Sequence record: LR597647
Reading direction: 5' to 3' (one strand)
DNA: 64,000 bases
Origin: Escherichia phage rV5_ev147
Below are positions 1 to 8,898 of the stretch, in pieces. The position numbers were made by a program, and so were the translations under genes. The notes beneath the pieces are model-generated. The model was not told where the DNA came from and ran no database searches. It saw only the letters and a program-made list of their open reading frames with translations. Numbering within the stretch: position 1 is the first letter of the stretch; each line of letters opens with the position of its first letter.

Positions 1-258
1 TCGCTTCGCTCCCACACATGTTAACAGACCTTCATGTATGCACTTCTGTTATTGTGTGCACCAAGGAGGCCCGGCATCTCGCCCCTCGTAGGCGAGTGCC
101 AATGAAGGGCCGACACTACCTATAGTAAGTAATAAATTTAAAACATGGTACTTAGGATCTAGTATATTCTACATAAGTTAAGTATATGTACTTAGTACCA
201 TAAGTACTAGATCTTTTATTTTTTTTTATTATTTAGTTATTTTAGTTATATTCTTTAT

Positions 259-341
259 GTGTCCGTATCACGGACAGTTAGTGTCCGTATTACGGACAGA
301 TGTGTCCGCGTGACGGACAGTAGTGTCCGTATCACGGACAG
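259..341. repeat. Four tandem 19-bp palindromic sites (GTGTCCGTATCACGGACAG and variants) phased every 21-22 bp
   Basis: Copies start at 259, 281, 302, 323; half-sites TGTCCG/CGGACA; no T-tract after the stems, so operator-like rather than terminator. Confidence 0.8.
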
Positions 342-415
342 TTACTAACCTCTGTTCCAGAGTGAACATAAAACATACGAATCCTTATAGTACAGATATT
401 TAAGTTTTTACTGGT

Positions 416-766
416 CTAACCAGTTGTTGACATTCGAATAACTTCTTCTGGTGGCAAAACTTTGGAAAATGTGCATCTTTTACCTCTCCCTTGTGTGGAT
501 ATTTCAACCACTCCTGCACATTCTAAAGTTTTAACGCACGCTGCTGCTTTTGTTTTCTTTATCCCAATATCTGCTGCAATTTTCCTTGTGCTGGGCGTGA
601 AGCGTGAATTTCCTCCAAGCTTATACCAGTTGTGCAGGTAGCAGTATACGATCTTGTCATATAAGTCAAGAACAACAACCTCACCAGTTGTGTCATTCAA
701 AACTTTTGACATAGACAGTATTTCAAGGGGGACTTTAAGATATAGCAGCTTATCCCCATCTTTCAT
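416..766 (-). CDS. Putative helix-turn-helix DNA-binding protein
   Basis: ATG at 766 with AGGAG upstream; segment STRKIAADIGIKKTKAAACVKTLECAGVV resembles an HTH; lies next to the palindromic site array. Confidence 0.4.
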   Translation of the reverse strand: MKDGDKLLYLKVPLEILSMSKVLNDTTGEVVVLDLYDKIVYCYLHNWYKLGGNSRFTPSTRKIAADIGIKKTKAAACVKTLECAGVVEISTQGRGKRCTFSKVLPPEEVIRMSTTG

Positions 767-813
767 ATCTCCTGATTCTCCTTGTGTGGCAATTTTCTTT
801 AAAATAGCAGGGA

Positions 814-1368
814 TTACTCCACGCTGTCAATAGCAAGACTCATTGCAATACGGTATGCCTCTTCTAATGGTAAGAGTCTCCCCCACACATCCCAACCGAC
901 ATCAAACTGCCTGCCAAACAACTGCTGTGTGGTTCCGTGAGCATGACCGAACAGTTGGACCGATCCGTGAGGCTTTCTGTTCCACTTTGCAAACTGGTAA
1001 TGGCTCATACAGATCAAATTCTTGTTGTGGCGAAGCTCGTAATAATCTACAACCTCATGACCGAACTCTTTCATAATTCTGACAGTCGTCCTTGTGTCAT
1101 GGTTACCACGAACAAGAATAATATGTCCGTTCAACATATTTAGAACATCTGGGAGCAATTTGTTAATATTCTTATCATTAGTGCACGCAATATCTCCTAA
1201 GTGAAACACAGTGTCTGCAGGTGACACAACAGAGTTCCACTTGGTGATGATCCCCGCATTCATACTGTCAAGATTGTGATCATACTGAGATCTGTGTTTT
1301 TGACATGAGTCAAACTCCATGACCCGCTGGTGGAGAAAGTGTGTGTCGCTTGTTACAAAGTATTTCAT
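814..1368 (-). CDS. Calcineurin-like metallophosphoesterase (Ser/Thr phosphatase or polynucleotide 3'-phosphatase type)
   Basis: Start refined to ATG 1368 (MKYFVTSDTHF) with GAGGA SD; motifs DTHF, GDIACTND, GNHD typical of metallophosphoesterases. Confidence 0.65.
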   Translation of the reverse strand: MKYFVTSDTHFLHQRVMEFDSCQKHRSQYDHNLDSMNAGIITKWNSVVSPADTVFHLGDIACTNDKNINKLLPDVLNMLNGHIILVRGNHDTRTTVRIMKEFGHEVVDYYELRHNKNLICMSHYQFAKWNRKPHGSVQLFGHAHGTTQQLFGRQFDVGWDVWGRLLPLEEAYRIAMSLAIDSVE

Positions 1369-1375
1369 ACATTCC

Positions 1376-1786
1376 TCATTTAAGTTTAATGCAGTTTTTA
1401 AGCTGGCGTTCCATACGATCCACAACCCTGTCTGGAACATCATGAATGCTTTTACTACCATGGCGGTTTTCAACCACGATTACGGTATAACTATACCCAT
1501 GACTGATCGCCATGTCAATATATTCTTGCACATATTTTTCTTTTGTAAATGTATTACTTACCACGATACGGTCGTATCCCATACGCATCATATCTTCTAC
1601 GTTATCTTTGCACCATTTTGCTGCAAGTGTTACTTTACTTGCATCCCAGTTGTAATTTCCATCATCGTCGTACCAGAACATGTCGTTCTCAAAATGTGGA
1701 TACAGACCTTCTAAAGATAGCGCACTTGCCAGTGTTGATTTGCCAGACCCTGGTAGACCACGCACGATATATAGCATTTTAGACAT
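1376..1786 (-). CDS. P-loop kinase, polynucleotide-kinase-like
   Basis: Start refined to ATG 1786 (GGAGGA SD); Walker A GLPGSGKST near N-terminus; stop overlaps the SD of the phosphoesterase gene. Confidence 0.5.
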   Translation of the reverse strand: MSKMLYIVRGLPGSGKSTLASALSLEGLYPHFENDMFWYDDDGNYNWDASKVTLAAKWCKDNVEDMMRMGYDRIVVSNTFTKEKYVQEYIDMAISHGYSYTVIVVENRHGSKSIHDVPDRVVDRMERQLKNCIKLK

Positions 1787-1886
1787 AGTAATCCTCCGTT
1801 TTAATTTCAACGATAGTATACCTAACTGTTTTGTTAATTTCAAGTGTTGACACTAGGTTATTTGTGTGGCAGGATAGACTGACAAA

Positions 1887-2822
1887 ATGACAAATGAGGA
1901 ACGTATGATGAAGTATTTTAATGCAGACGACCTAGTTGACAAAGGTCTTGTAACCAGCAGATATCACCCAGACCTTGGGTTAAAGATCTATAAATATGCC
2001 AGAAAAGTATTCTACAACAACTTATGGCATTTGTCTCCTCGATTACTGGAGTGCCGAGGCATTGTTGTCGGTAATGAAGGAAATGTTGTGGCATGGCCCT
2101 TTACAAAAGTGTTTAACTTGGGAGAAAATTCCACCAACCTGCCTGACAATAAGCTTGTGACGGCGGTAGAGAAAAAGAACGGATTCCTTGGTGTGGTGTC
2201 ATCTCATAAAGGTGAACTATTGTTCTCAACAACCGGGTCTCTTGATTCTCCATATTGTAACCTTGCAAAGGAAACCATCCAGGAGCAATGTGGTAATTTA
2301 GATCTTATCAAGAAGGTTATGGGCAATGAAAATATGACATTCATGTTTGAAATTTGTCACCCCTCAGATCCGCATATTGTTCAGGAAGATCATGGCGCAT
2401 ATTTGATAGGTTGCAGATATAATGATTCTGGAATAATGCTACCAGAAGCAGCTTTAGATGGGATTGCCAAATACCTTGGTGCAAAACGTCCTCACACTGT
2501 GCGTGAAATTCCGTTCAGTTATGCAAAAGAATTAGCTGCAGAAACAAGAGGTGAAGGGTATATGATTCGTAAGCCTTACTACCCTTATGATCTGCAGCTG
2601 AAGATTAAGTCTCCATACTATCTGGCACGGAAGGCCGTAATGAGGGGTAAAGCTTGGAAGATTTGGGATGATGATATCTTTAAACGTGTTGACGAAGAGT
2701 TTTACGGCATGGTAAACTTCATTCGTAACAACTACACAGAGGATGTATGGAACTGCCTCCTGGAGCAGGAACGCCGTGAGATACTCGATTACTATTTCCA
2801 CAACGAGAACTATATGCAATGA
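1887..2822 (+). CDS. Putative RNA ligase (Rnl2-like nucleotidyltransferase)
   Basis: Candidate motif I EKKNGF, motif IV EGYMIRK, motif V LKIKS; divergent from the kinase/phosphoesterase pair. Confidence 0.45.
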   Translation: MTNEERMMKYFNADDLVDKGLVTSRYHPDLGLKIYKYARKVFYNNLWHLSPRLLECRGIVVGNEGNVVAWPFTKVFNLGENSTNLPDNKLVTAVEKKNGFLGVVSSHKGELLFSTTGSLDSPYCNLAKETIQEQCGNLDLIKKVMGNENMTFMFEICHPSDPHIVQEDHGAYLIGCRYNDSGIMLPEAALDGIAKYLGAKRPHTVREIPFSYAKELAAETRGEGYMIRKPYYPYDLQLKIKSPYYLARKAVMRGKAWKIWDDDIFKRVDEEFYGMVNFIRNNYTEDVWNCLLEQERREILDYYFHNENYMQ

Positions 2823-3169
2823 AGAAGTTGATTGTGTGGCTAGATGACTTGAGAGATCCGTCAAAGTACGGGCTCCAAGACGCTGTTTGGCTAAAGAATT
2901 CCTCCGAGTTTATAGATTTTATTAACGATAATAGAAAGCTCTACAGACGCGTTTCTGAGTGGCATATGGACAACGACCTTGGAGAGGTATTCGAAGGGTA
3001 CGATTGCCTATCTATGTTGGAGGAAAAATTTGTATTTGGTAAGCCTCCTGTAGTTGACAACGTGAAGATTTTCGTGCATACTTCTAACCCATCAGCGGCT
3101 CGTAAATTCATGCTTGCAGCTGACTCGTTTAAAAAGTTTGGAATAGAGATTAAACAAAACATCTACTGA
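2819..3169 (+). CDS. Hypothetical protein, first gene of the Sir2 operon
   Basis: ORF overlaps the upstream stop (ATGA); 9 bp before the Sir2 gene; no motif recognised. Confidence 0.45.
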   Translation: MKKLIVWLDDLRDPSKYGLQDAVWLKNSSEFIDFINDNRKLYRRVSEWHMDNDLGEVFEGYDCLSMLEEKFVFGKPPVVDNVKIFVHTSNPSAARKFMLAADSFKKFGIEIKQNIY

Positions 3170-3177
3170 GGACACTT

Positions 3178-3939
3178 ATGCGACGACTGATTATTATCTC
3201 CGGTGCTGGTTTGAGCGCTGAATCTGGTATTCCCACTTTCCGATCTGGTAGCACTGCAATGTGGGAGAATTTCAGCATCGATGAGGTGTGCAACATCCAC
3301 ACCTTTGCCAAGAACTACTATAAGGTGCATGACTTTTACAATGCACGTCGTGTAGCTTTAGGCAGTGTTGAGCCTAACCTTGCACATCTTCGGATCGCTG
3401 AGTGGTATTCCCGCTGGTCTGGTCGTGTGATCAACCTTACCACCAATGTAGATGATTTGCTGGAGCGTGCTGGTGTAAAACATGAAGATATTTTACATGT
3501 CCACGGGTATTTGCCAGAAATAGTCTATGAGGACGATGAAGGAAGTGACGTCATTAAGGACATTGGATACTCTGAGGTAGACGCAGGAAAGTATACCTGG
3601 GTTAAGCCTAATGTGGTGTTCTTCGGAGAAGTAGCTCCGAAGTATACAGACATGTATGACCTGTTGACTTCTCTTACGAGCAATGATATGGTTATCCTTG
3701 TAGGGTGCTCCAACACAGTTATCAATTTTAACTGGGAGCTATTCCCTGCCTGCAATAAGGGAACCAAACTACTGATCGTTAATAAATACGACTCACAGCA
3801 TCTAGAGGAGAATGGCATTTCACGTAGTGATATTTACCAGTATGAGGATCGTGGCATCCCAGTTTGGTTTAACGGTGCGGTTGATGCCTTCTCTGATAAA
3901 ACATTCATTGAGACTGTAGAAAACTTTATGGAACTTTAA
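3178..3939 (+). CDS. SIR2-family NAD-dependent deacylase / ADP-ribosyltransferase-like protein
   Basis: Canonical sirtuin motifs GAGLSAESGIPTFRS, TTNVDDL, HVHG; no CxxC zinc module seen. Confidence 0.7.
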   Translation: MRRLIIISGAGLSAESGIPTFRSGSTAMWENFSIDEVCNIHTFAKNYYKVHDFYNARRVALGSVEPNLAHLRIAEWYSRWSGRVINLTTNVDDLLERAGVKHEDILHVHGYLPEIVYEDDEGSDVIKDIGYSEVDAGKYTWVKPNVVFFGEVAPKYTDMYDLLTSLTSNDMVILVGCSNTVINFNWELFPACNKGTKLLIVNKYDSQHLEENGISRSDIYQYEDRGIPVWFNGAVDAFSDKTFIETVENFMEL

Positions 3940-3952
3940 AAGGAGACCTTTA

Positions 3953-4666
3953 ATGCTGAATACTAAATTAATTGACAACCTGGAAAAACTATCCCAACCT
4001 GAAAACTACCTTTGGTCTGCCAACTGGGTGGAAAACTGGAACCGTGTGGCAGCTAAAGTGAAAAAATCATACACACCATTCGAATTACAGCTTAGCTTCA
4101 TTGAGGAAGAGTTCAATGAAGTTTTGGAAGAGCTGGAGAAAGGTGATGGTGGAGATCACCTGCTAAAGGAGGCCTGCGATCTTCACGTTGTCACAAGTTA
4201 TGCAGCTTATCTTGTTAATGACAATCACGAAAAGTGGTCAAACCTGTTTGATAATCCACGAGGTCTTAAGTTCAAGATCGGTGAGTTCTATGATACACTG
4301 ATCGCTGCGAAAAACACCTCTAAGCAAAGAGCATCCGCTTACCGCTTAGCAGAGTTGTCAACAGCTTTGCTGTTCCAGCTTCGCGGCGATGTGTGCGGGA
4401 TGATGCGTAAGGTTCTCAAATCGAATGACAGCAAGTTTGCACGGGTCAACCATCTACGGTATTCACACGGTGCCAGTGCAGATATGCCTGCTGAACAACT
4501 CATCGAGTTGGAGATTAAAGATCTTGAGCGACGCTTTGATGGTCGATATGAAGGTTTTGTTGCTAAGGAAGAATTCTACAACGGTAATAAAGTTATCATA
4601 TTCCTTGACAGTAAAGGTAAGATCATGAAGCCTTCGAGCTTCAAGGATGTAACAGAGTATATTTAA
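3953..4666 (+). CDS. Putative MazG-like nucleotide pyrophosphohydrolase
   Basis: EEEFNEVLEELEK...EACDLH resembles the EExxE...ExxD MazG motif; 14 bp after Sir2. Confidence 0.35.
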   Translation: MLNTKLIDNLEKLSQPENYLWSANWVENWNRVAAKVKKSYTPFELQLSFIEEEFNEVLEELEKGDGGDHLLKEACDLHVVTSYAAYLVNDNHEKWSNLFDNPRGLKFKIGEFYDTLIAAKNTSKQRASAYRLAELSTALLFQLRGDVCGMMRKVLKSNDSKFARVNHLRYSHGASADMPAEQLIELEIKDLERRFDGRYEGFVAKEEFYNGNKVIIFLDSKGKIMKPSSFKDVTEYI

Positions 4667-4672
4667 CAACAT

Positions 4673-4698
4673 AGCCGGGATTACCCGGCTTTACTTGT
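4673..4698 (+). terminator. Rho-independent terminator after the Sir2 operon
   Basis: AGCCGGG-atta-CCCGGCT stem-loop followed by TTTACTTGTT. Confidence 0.5.
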
Positions 4699-4699
4699 T

Positions 4700-5038
4700 G
4701 TGGAAAGTATGCAAGTGAGGCAGATAGTTATGTACAAGCACTCTAGAGATCTTGAAAACGATGCTGTGTTTGGGGATCAGATGAAAGAGTTGGTTAAACT
4801 CATAGGCAGGATAGAGGATAAGTTTGACACTAAGATCTACATCGACAGCAAAGTATTCAACCACAAAATATGGACAAATCTGTGTGTTGGACTACATGGA
4901 GATAAAGATGCGGTAAATTTAGTTGTAATTAAGTTCATAGTGTGGCAGAATAAAACTATAAATTATTACGATCCACATCTGCTTGTTTACCCGATAAAAG
5001 ACCTATTAGATAAGGAGGACTGCAATGCCGTTATTTAA
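4700..5038 (+). CDS. Hypothetical protein
   Basis: ORF in dense co-directional array; start not refined. Confidence 0.4.
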   Translation: MESMQVRQIVMYKHSRDLENDAVFGDQMKELVKLIGRIEDKFDTKIYIDSKVFNHKIWTNLCVGLHGDKDAVNLVVIKFIVWQNKTINYYDPHLLVYPIKDLLDKEDCNAVI

Positions 5039-5294
5039 TCTTGCTAAACCTGTAGAAGCACACCAGTTTGACGGAAGCTCTTCATCAGTATCTGATCTGC
5101 AACGGTGGATTGATACAGGTGTGTTTACATCGTCACCTGTTCGGACCAGAGATCTTCGTCGTATGTGTGAGCTTGTAGAGCCGTTTGGTAACCTAGTCTT
5201 GCACCAGGGTGATTGGCTTGTTGATTTTATGGGGGACTGGTTGGTAATGAGTAAAGAAGAGATGTTTAAAATTTTTAAGGAAGAGGTAGAGTAA
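5025..5294 (+). CDS. Hypothetical protein
   Basis: ORF with GGAGGA-like SD upstream; no motif recognised. Confidence 0.4.
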   Translation: MPLFNLAKPVEAHQFDGSSSSVSDLQRWIDTGVFTSSPVRTRDLRRMCELVEPFGNLVLHQGDWLVDFMGDWLVMSKEEMFKIFKEEVE

Positions 5295-6577
5295 TGCATC
5301 AAATCAAAACAACACTGTACGCACTGAACAAAGATGGCAGCTACCAACAGTGGAAAGTATTCACGGATGGTGATAAGGTTATCGTAGAGTTTGGCAAGCT
5401 TGATGGTAAACTGCAATACAAAGAGACGATCTGCACACCTAAGAACGTGGGTCGCGCCAATGAGACTACAGCTGAGCAACAGGCCGAGCTGGAAGCGATC
5501 AGTAAGTGGGAAAAACAGGTCCGACTAGGGTACGTGGAGAGTATGGAAGATTGTGAGCAAGGTGTTGATCTTTTACCAATGTTAGTGCATGACTACCTGA
5601 AGCGTGGCAAGGCACTTAAATTACCTTGCTGGATCTTGCGTAAGTTAGATGGCCTTCGTCTACTTGTTGTTTTCCAGAATGGTGAGCCTAAATTTATTTC
5701 CCGTGGTAATAAGTCCTACCCTATTCAAGGAAAGCTTCTGGAGCAACTTCGCTCTTTCCACCTAACCACCGGGATTAAACAGCTCGACGGAGAGCTCTAT
5801 ATTCATGGTCTTCCTCTGCAGAAAATAGTGTCTCTTGCTAAACGGTGGCGCACACAGGAAGAAATTCAGGCCGAGATCGATAAAGACTACAAGGCAGATA
5901 AAAAACGCCGTCAGGCTGCGATTAAGGCAGGTTTAGCAACATACAAAAACTTCAACAAGATGGACATTCCTGTTGATGTTGAGCCTGTTCGTGATGATTT
6001 GCGTTACGGAGGGTACTGCAGCTACGACTTAGAGTATCATATTTTCGATATTCCTAGCGATAAGGTGTGGTGGGATCCTGAAACAGAGTCTGGACGCTGT
6101 AAGGATCTTATGGAGGCAAATGGTGCTATTGCTTCTTTGATGCTTGATCATATTAAGGTTGTTGATGCAGAGCTTGCATACACAGTTGATCGGTGCGAAG
6201 AGTCTGTTGGTATATTTATGTCTGAGGGATATGAAGGTACCATTATGCGTAACTTCTGTGGTAAATATGAGTATGGTCAGCGAACATCTGAAGCATTGAA
6301 ATGGAAAAAGTTCAACGACGCAGAGGTGAAAGTTATTGACGTTGAGAAAGATAAGAATGATGAAGGTGTTCTTATCTGTGTTGACAAGGAAGGTGTTGTT
6401 GTTAAAATGAAGATGAAAGGCACGCACGAGGAGCGTAGCTATGACAGGATGCAGGAAATGATCGGCAAGTTTGTCACCTTCAAATATCAAGCAAGGACAG
6501 AAGACAACAACTACCAATTCCCTGTCGGTATCTGCGTCCGAAATGTTAACCCAGACACTTGGGAGGTGCTGGAATGA
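5294..6577 (+). CDS. ATP-dependent DNA ligase
   Basis: Motif I KLDGLR, motif IV-like EGTIMRN, motif V-like KWKKF; ATGA overlap with upstream ORF. Confidence 0.55.
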   Translation: MHQIKTTLYALNKDGSYQQWKVFTDGDKVIVEFGKLDGKLQYKETICTPKNVGRANETTAEQQAELEAISKWEKQVRLGYVESMEDCEQGVDLLPMLVHDYLKRGKALKLPCWILRKLDGLRLLVVFQNGEPKFISRGNKSYPIQGKLLEQLRSFHLTTGIKQLDGELYIHGLPLQKIVSLAKRWRTQEEIQAEIDKDYKADKKRRQAAIKAGLATYKNFNKMDIPVDVEPVRDDLRYGGYCSYDLEYHIFDIPSDKVWWDPETESGRCKDLMEANGAIASLMLDHIKVVDAELAYTVDRCEESVGIFMSEGYEGTIMRNFCGKYEYGQRTSEALKWKKFNDAEVKVIDVEKDKNDEGVLICVDKEGVVVKMKMKGTHEERSYDRMQEMIGKFVTFKYQARTEDNNYQFPVGICVRNVNPDTWEVLE

Positions 6578-6701
6578 TGTAGGGAGGTTCAGTAGGTAAC
6601 GGTAGCCAATTGAATGATGGTTTTTCAATTGGCACCTACATAACCACACTATGCAGTGTTGTTGATCGGGTTAGTTATGAGTAAACTGGAGAGTATGAAA
6701 A

Positions 6702-7190
6702 ATGAAACTTGATAAAAATGTTCAACGAAAAGCTTTCTTGGATATGATCGCATATTCGGAAGGCACAGATAATGGTAGACAACCTACCAAGGATCGGGGG
6801 TACGATGTCATAGTCGGAGGCAAGCTGTTCAGCGATTACAGCAAGCATCCCGGTGTTTACGTTAAGCTAAATGCTAAGCTTACCTCCTCCGCTGCTGGGC
6901 GTTACCAGGTTTTGGAGAAGTTTGCTAAACACTACATGAAACAGTTAGGATTACCAGATTTTGGCCCTGACAGTCAGGACAAGATTGCGTTGCAACTGAT
7001 CCGTGAGTGCAAGGCTCTCGCCGACATTGATGAAGGGCGTATTCATCAGGCCATTTATAAATGCCGCAGCCGCTGGGCAAGCTTCCCACCACCGCCAGGG
7101 GCTGGAAAGCTGTACAATCAGCGAGCAGAAAGTATAGACAAGATGCTGGAGATCTTTAAGAAGGCAGGTGGAGTTGTTACAGATGAGTAA
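6702..7190 (+). CDS. Lysozyme, lambda R-type lytic transglycosylase
   Basis: QRKAFLDMIAYSEGTDNGRQPTKDRGYDVIVGG and C-terminal KEAGG closely match lambda R as recalled. Confidence 0.85.
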   Translation: MKLDKNVQRKAFLDMIAYSEGTDNGRQPTKDRGYDVIVGGKLFSDYSKHPGVYVKLNAKLTSSAAGRYQVLEKFAKHYMKQLGLPDFGPDSQDKIALQLIRECKALADIDEGRIHQAIYKCRSRWASFPPPPGAGKLYNQRAESIDKMLEIFKKAGGVVTDE

Positions 7191-7866
7191 CGGGATTGAC
7201 TGGTGGAGTGTCTTTAGATACGATACAGGCACTGGAAGGTTGTTTTGGAAGTCCCCACCAAAAAACAAACCTCAACTGATGGGAAAGGAGGCTGGATGTA
7301 CTAACATGGACGGGTACAGGGATATAATCTATCGCGGCGTGCATTACTACAGGCATAGATTGGTGTGGGAGATGCATTATGGACCAATTCCAGAAGGGTA
7401 CGAAGTTGATCACATAAAGCCACTTTTCTATTCCGATGGTGTTGCTGATGACAGGATAGAAAACCTACAACTGTTAACACCAGAAGAAAACGCAAAAAAG
7501 GCGGCAGATGACGGATGCCTGGCACGCAAGATACCTAAATCTAACACTGGACACTTGGGTGTATATTTTCATGCTAGAACTGGAAGGTATGCTGCTTTTG
7601 GTAAGGTAGGTCATTACTATAAGAAAGACCTAGGAGAATACGATACCTTAGAAGAGGCCCTTGCTGCTCAAAAGTCTTTTGAAAGTGGCACGTTTGTCAG
7701 GGAATATCGTGGACAGCCTTTAGGGAGGGATAAATCTAGAGGTGTCAGATTTGAAGCAGATAGGGGCAAATGGAAAGTAACTTTCAGAGGAAAAACGCTA
7801 GGCAGGTTTGACACCAAAGAGTCTGCTGAAGCGTGTTACGCAAAGGCTCTTGCTGAAAGATTGTAA
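7183..7866 (+). CDS. HNH homing endonuclease with AP2-like DNA-binding domain
   Basis: Start refined to ATG 7183; HNH region GYEVDHIKPL...ENLQLLTPEEN; overlaps the lysozyme stop. Confidence 0.6.
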   Translation: MSNGIDWWSVFRYDTGTGRLFWKSPPKNKPQLMGKEAGCTNMDGYRDIIYRGVHYYRHRLVWEMHYGPIPEGYEVDHIKPLFYSDGVADDRIENLQLLTPEENAKKAADDGCLARKIPKSNTGHLGVYFHARTGRYAAFGKVGHYYKKDLGEYDTLEEALAAQKSFESGTFVREYRGQPLGRDKSRGVRFEADRGKWKVTFRGKTLGRFDTKESAEACYAKALAERL

Positions 7867-7934
7867 CAGTATCATTGACATGACCACACGGACGTGGTAT
7901 TGTTACCTCATACAATGTTAGGGAGGGTTTAACC

Positions 7935-8141
7935 ATGAAAGATTTTCTGTTGGCAATTTTGTTCATGGCAGCATGTCTGGCCTGTGGTGTCGTGTTTGCA
8001 GGTGAAACAGCGTATCTTGTCGATGTATATCGGGACAATGGTAAACGTATTTGCCTTTATGAGACAAGCCAAGGTGAGCTCTACGAGCTTGTGAAACAAG
8101 GCGAGGCAGGTTCCTGCCCTCGCACCCATTTCTTTGAATAA
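7935..8141 (+). CDS. Small secreted protein or lipoprotein
   Basis: N-terminal hydrophobic signal MKDFLLAILFMAACLACGVVFA with Cys near the cleavage region; GGAGGG SD. Confidence 0.45.
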   Translation: MKDFLLAILFMAACLACGVVFAGETAYLVDVYRDNGKRICLYETSQGELYELVKQGEAGSCPRTHFFE

Positions 8142-8150
8142 GGGGGATAC

Positions 8151-8615
8151 GTGGAAGACGGACGTTTAATGAAGTCTGAACGCAGGCTTATTGTGCAACT
8201 GATCCCAGAAACAGCTTGGTATAATAACCTCCGAAACGCTGTAAAGAAGAGTGAGTGGGATAAGATCCGCAAGAAGTGCTATAGAGAAGCCAACTACACC
8301 TGTGAGGTGTGCGGCGGTAAAGGCAGCAAACACCCAGTGGAGTGTCATGAACTTTACACTTTCGAAGAGGGAGTGATCCGGCTTGTCGGACTGATAGCGT
8401 TGTGCCCAGATTGTCACACATCTGTGCATCCTGGGTTAGCAAATATCCGTGGAAAGTATGCTCAGGCAGTTAGTCAGTTGGCTAAGGTGAATAAGATCAC
8501 CAAGGGTATGGCAGAGGCGTATTACCGAGACTGCTTTGCAGAGTGGCGTGAGCTTAGTAAAGTTCCAGAATGGAAGACTGACTTTTCGTGGATAGAGGGT
8601 TACCTTGATGGCTAA
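8151..8615 (+). CDS. Putative HNH-type zinc-finger nuclease
   Basis: CEVCGG...HPVECHEL...CPDCH arrangement of Cys/His pairs. Confidence 0.35.
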   Translation: MEDGRLMKSERRLIVQLIPETAWYNNLRNAVKKSEWDKIRKKCYREANYTCEVCGGKGSKHPVECHELYTFEEGVIRLVGLIALCPDCHTSVHPGLANIRGKYAQAVSQLAKVNKITKGMAEAYYRDCFAEWRELSKVPEWKTDFSWIEGYLDG

Positions 8616-8898
8616 GAAACCTTTAAAAGAGAAATTTGATAAGACAGCTTTTGTATTCGATACACCTCTGGACGACATCATCAGAGGTATGCAATCCTTG
8701 TATCGGAAGGCTGAATCTGAGCAGTTGTCTGAATCAGAACTTTACTGGCTTGGTTGGTGGGAGTTAAACCTGCCTAAAGCTGAAAGTTCTTGTCTGAGAA
8801 CTGTTAAAACGTGCGCCCAAGAAAACGCTGCACTTGGAATCTACCACAAAAGGAAAAGATCAACAAAAAGCTCTCCAAGAAAGACCAAAAAGTCTTGA
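8605..8898 (+). CDS. Hypothetical basic protein
   Basis: ORF overlapping upstream stop; Lys/Arg/Ser-rich C-terminus. Confidence 0.35.
   Translation: MMAKKPLKEKFDKTAFVFDTPLDDIIRGMQSLYRKAESEQLSESELYWLGWWELNLPKAESSCLRTVKTCAQENAALGIYHKRKRSTKSSPRKTKKS

Noticed and set aside
108-130. CGACACTACCTATAGTAAG resembles a T7/SP6-type single-subunit RNAP promoter core
   Set aside because: Only one occurrence in 64 kb, the match to known consensus sequences is imperfect (extra CC before TATAG), no phage RNAP gene is in the window, and genes throughout are preceded by sigma70-type promoters.
259-341. CRISPR array
   Set aside because: The four repeats are themselves palindromes separated by only 2-3 bp, not by 25-40 bp unique spacers; the 44-bp repeats at 46211, 49950 and 50571 are 0.6-3.7 kb apart with genes between them.
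814-1473. Phosphoesterase ORF as listed, overlapping the kinase gene by about 100 bp
   Set aside because: The listed start lies inside the kinase coding region; an internal ATG at 1368 with a GAGGA SD gives a conventional MKYFVTSDTHF metallophosphoesterase N-terminus immediately after the kinase stop.
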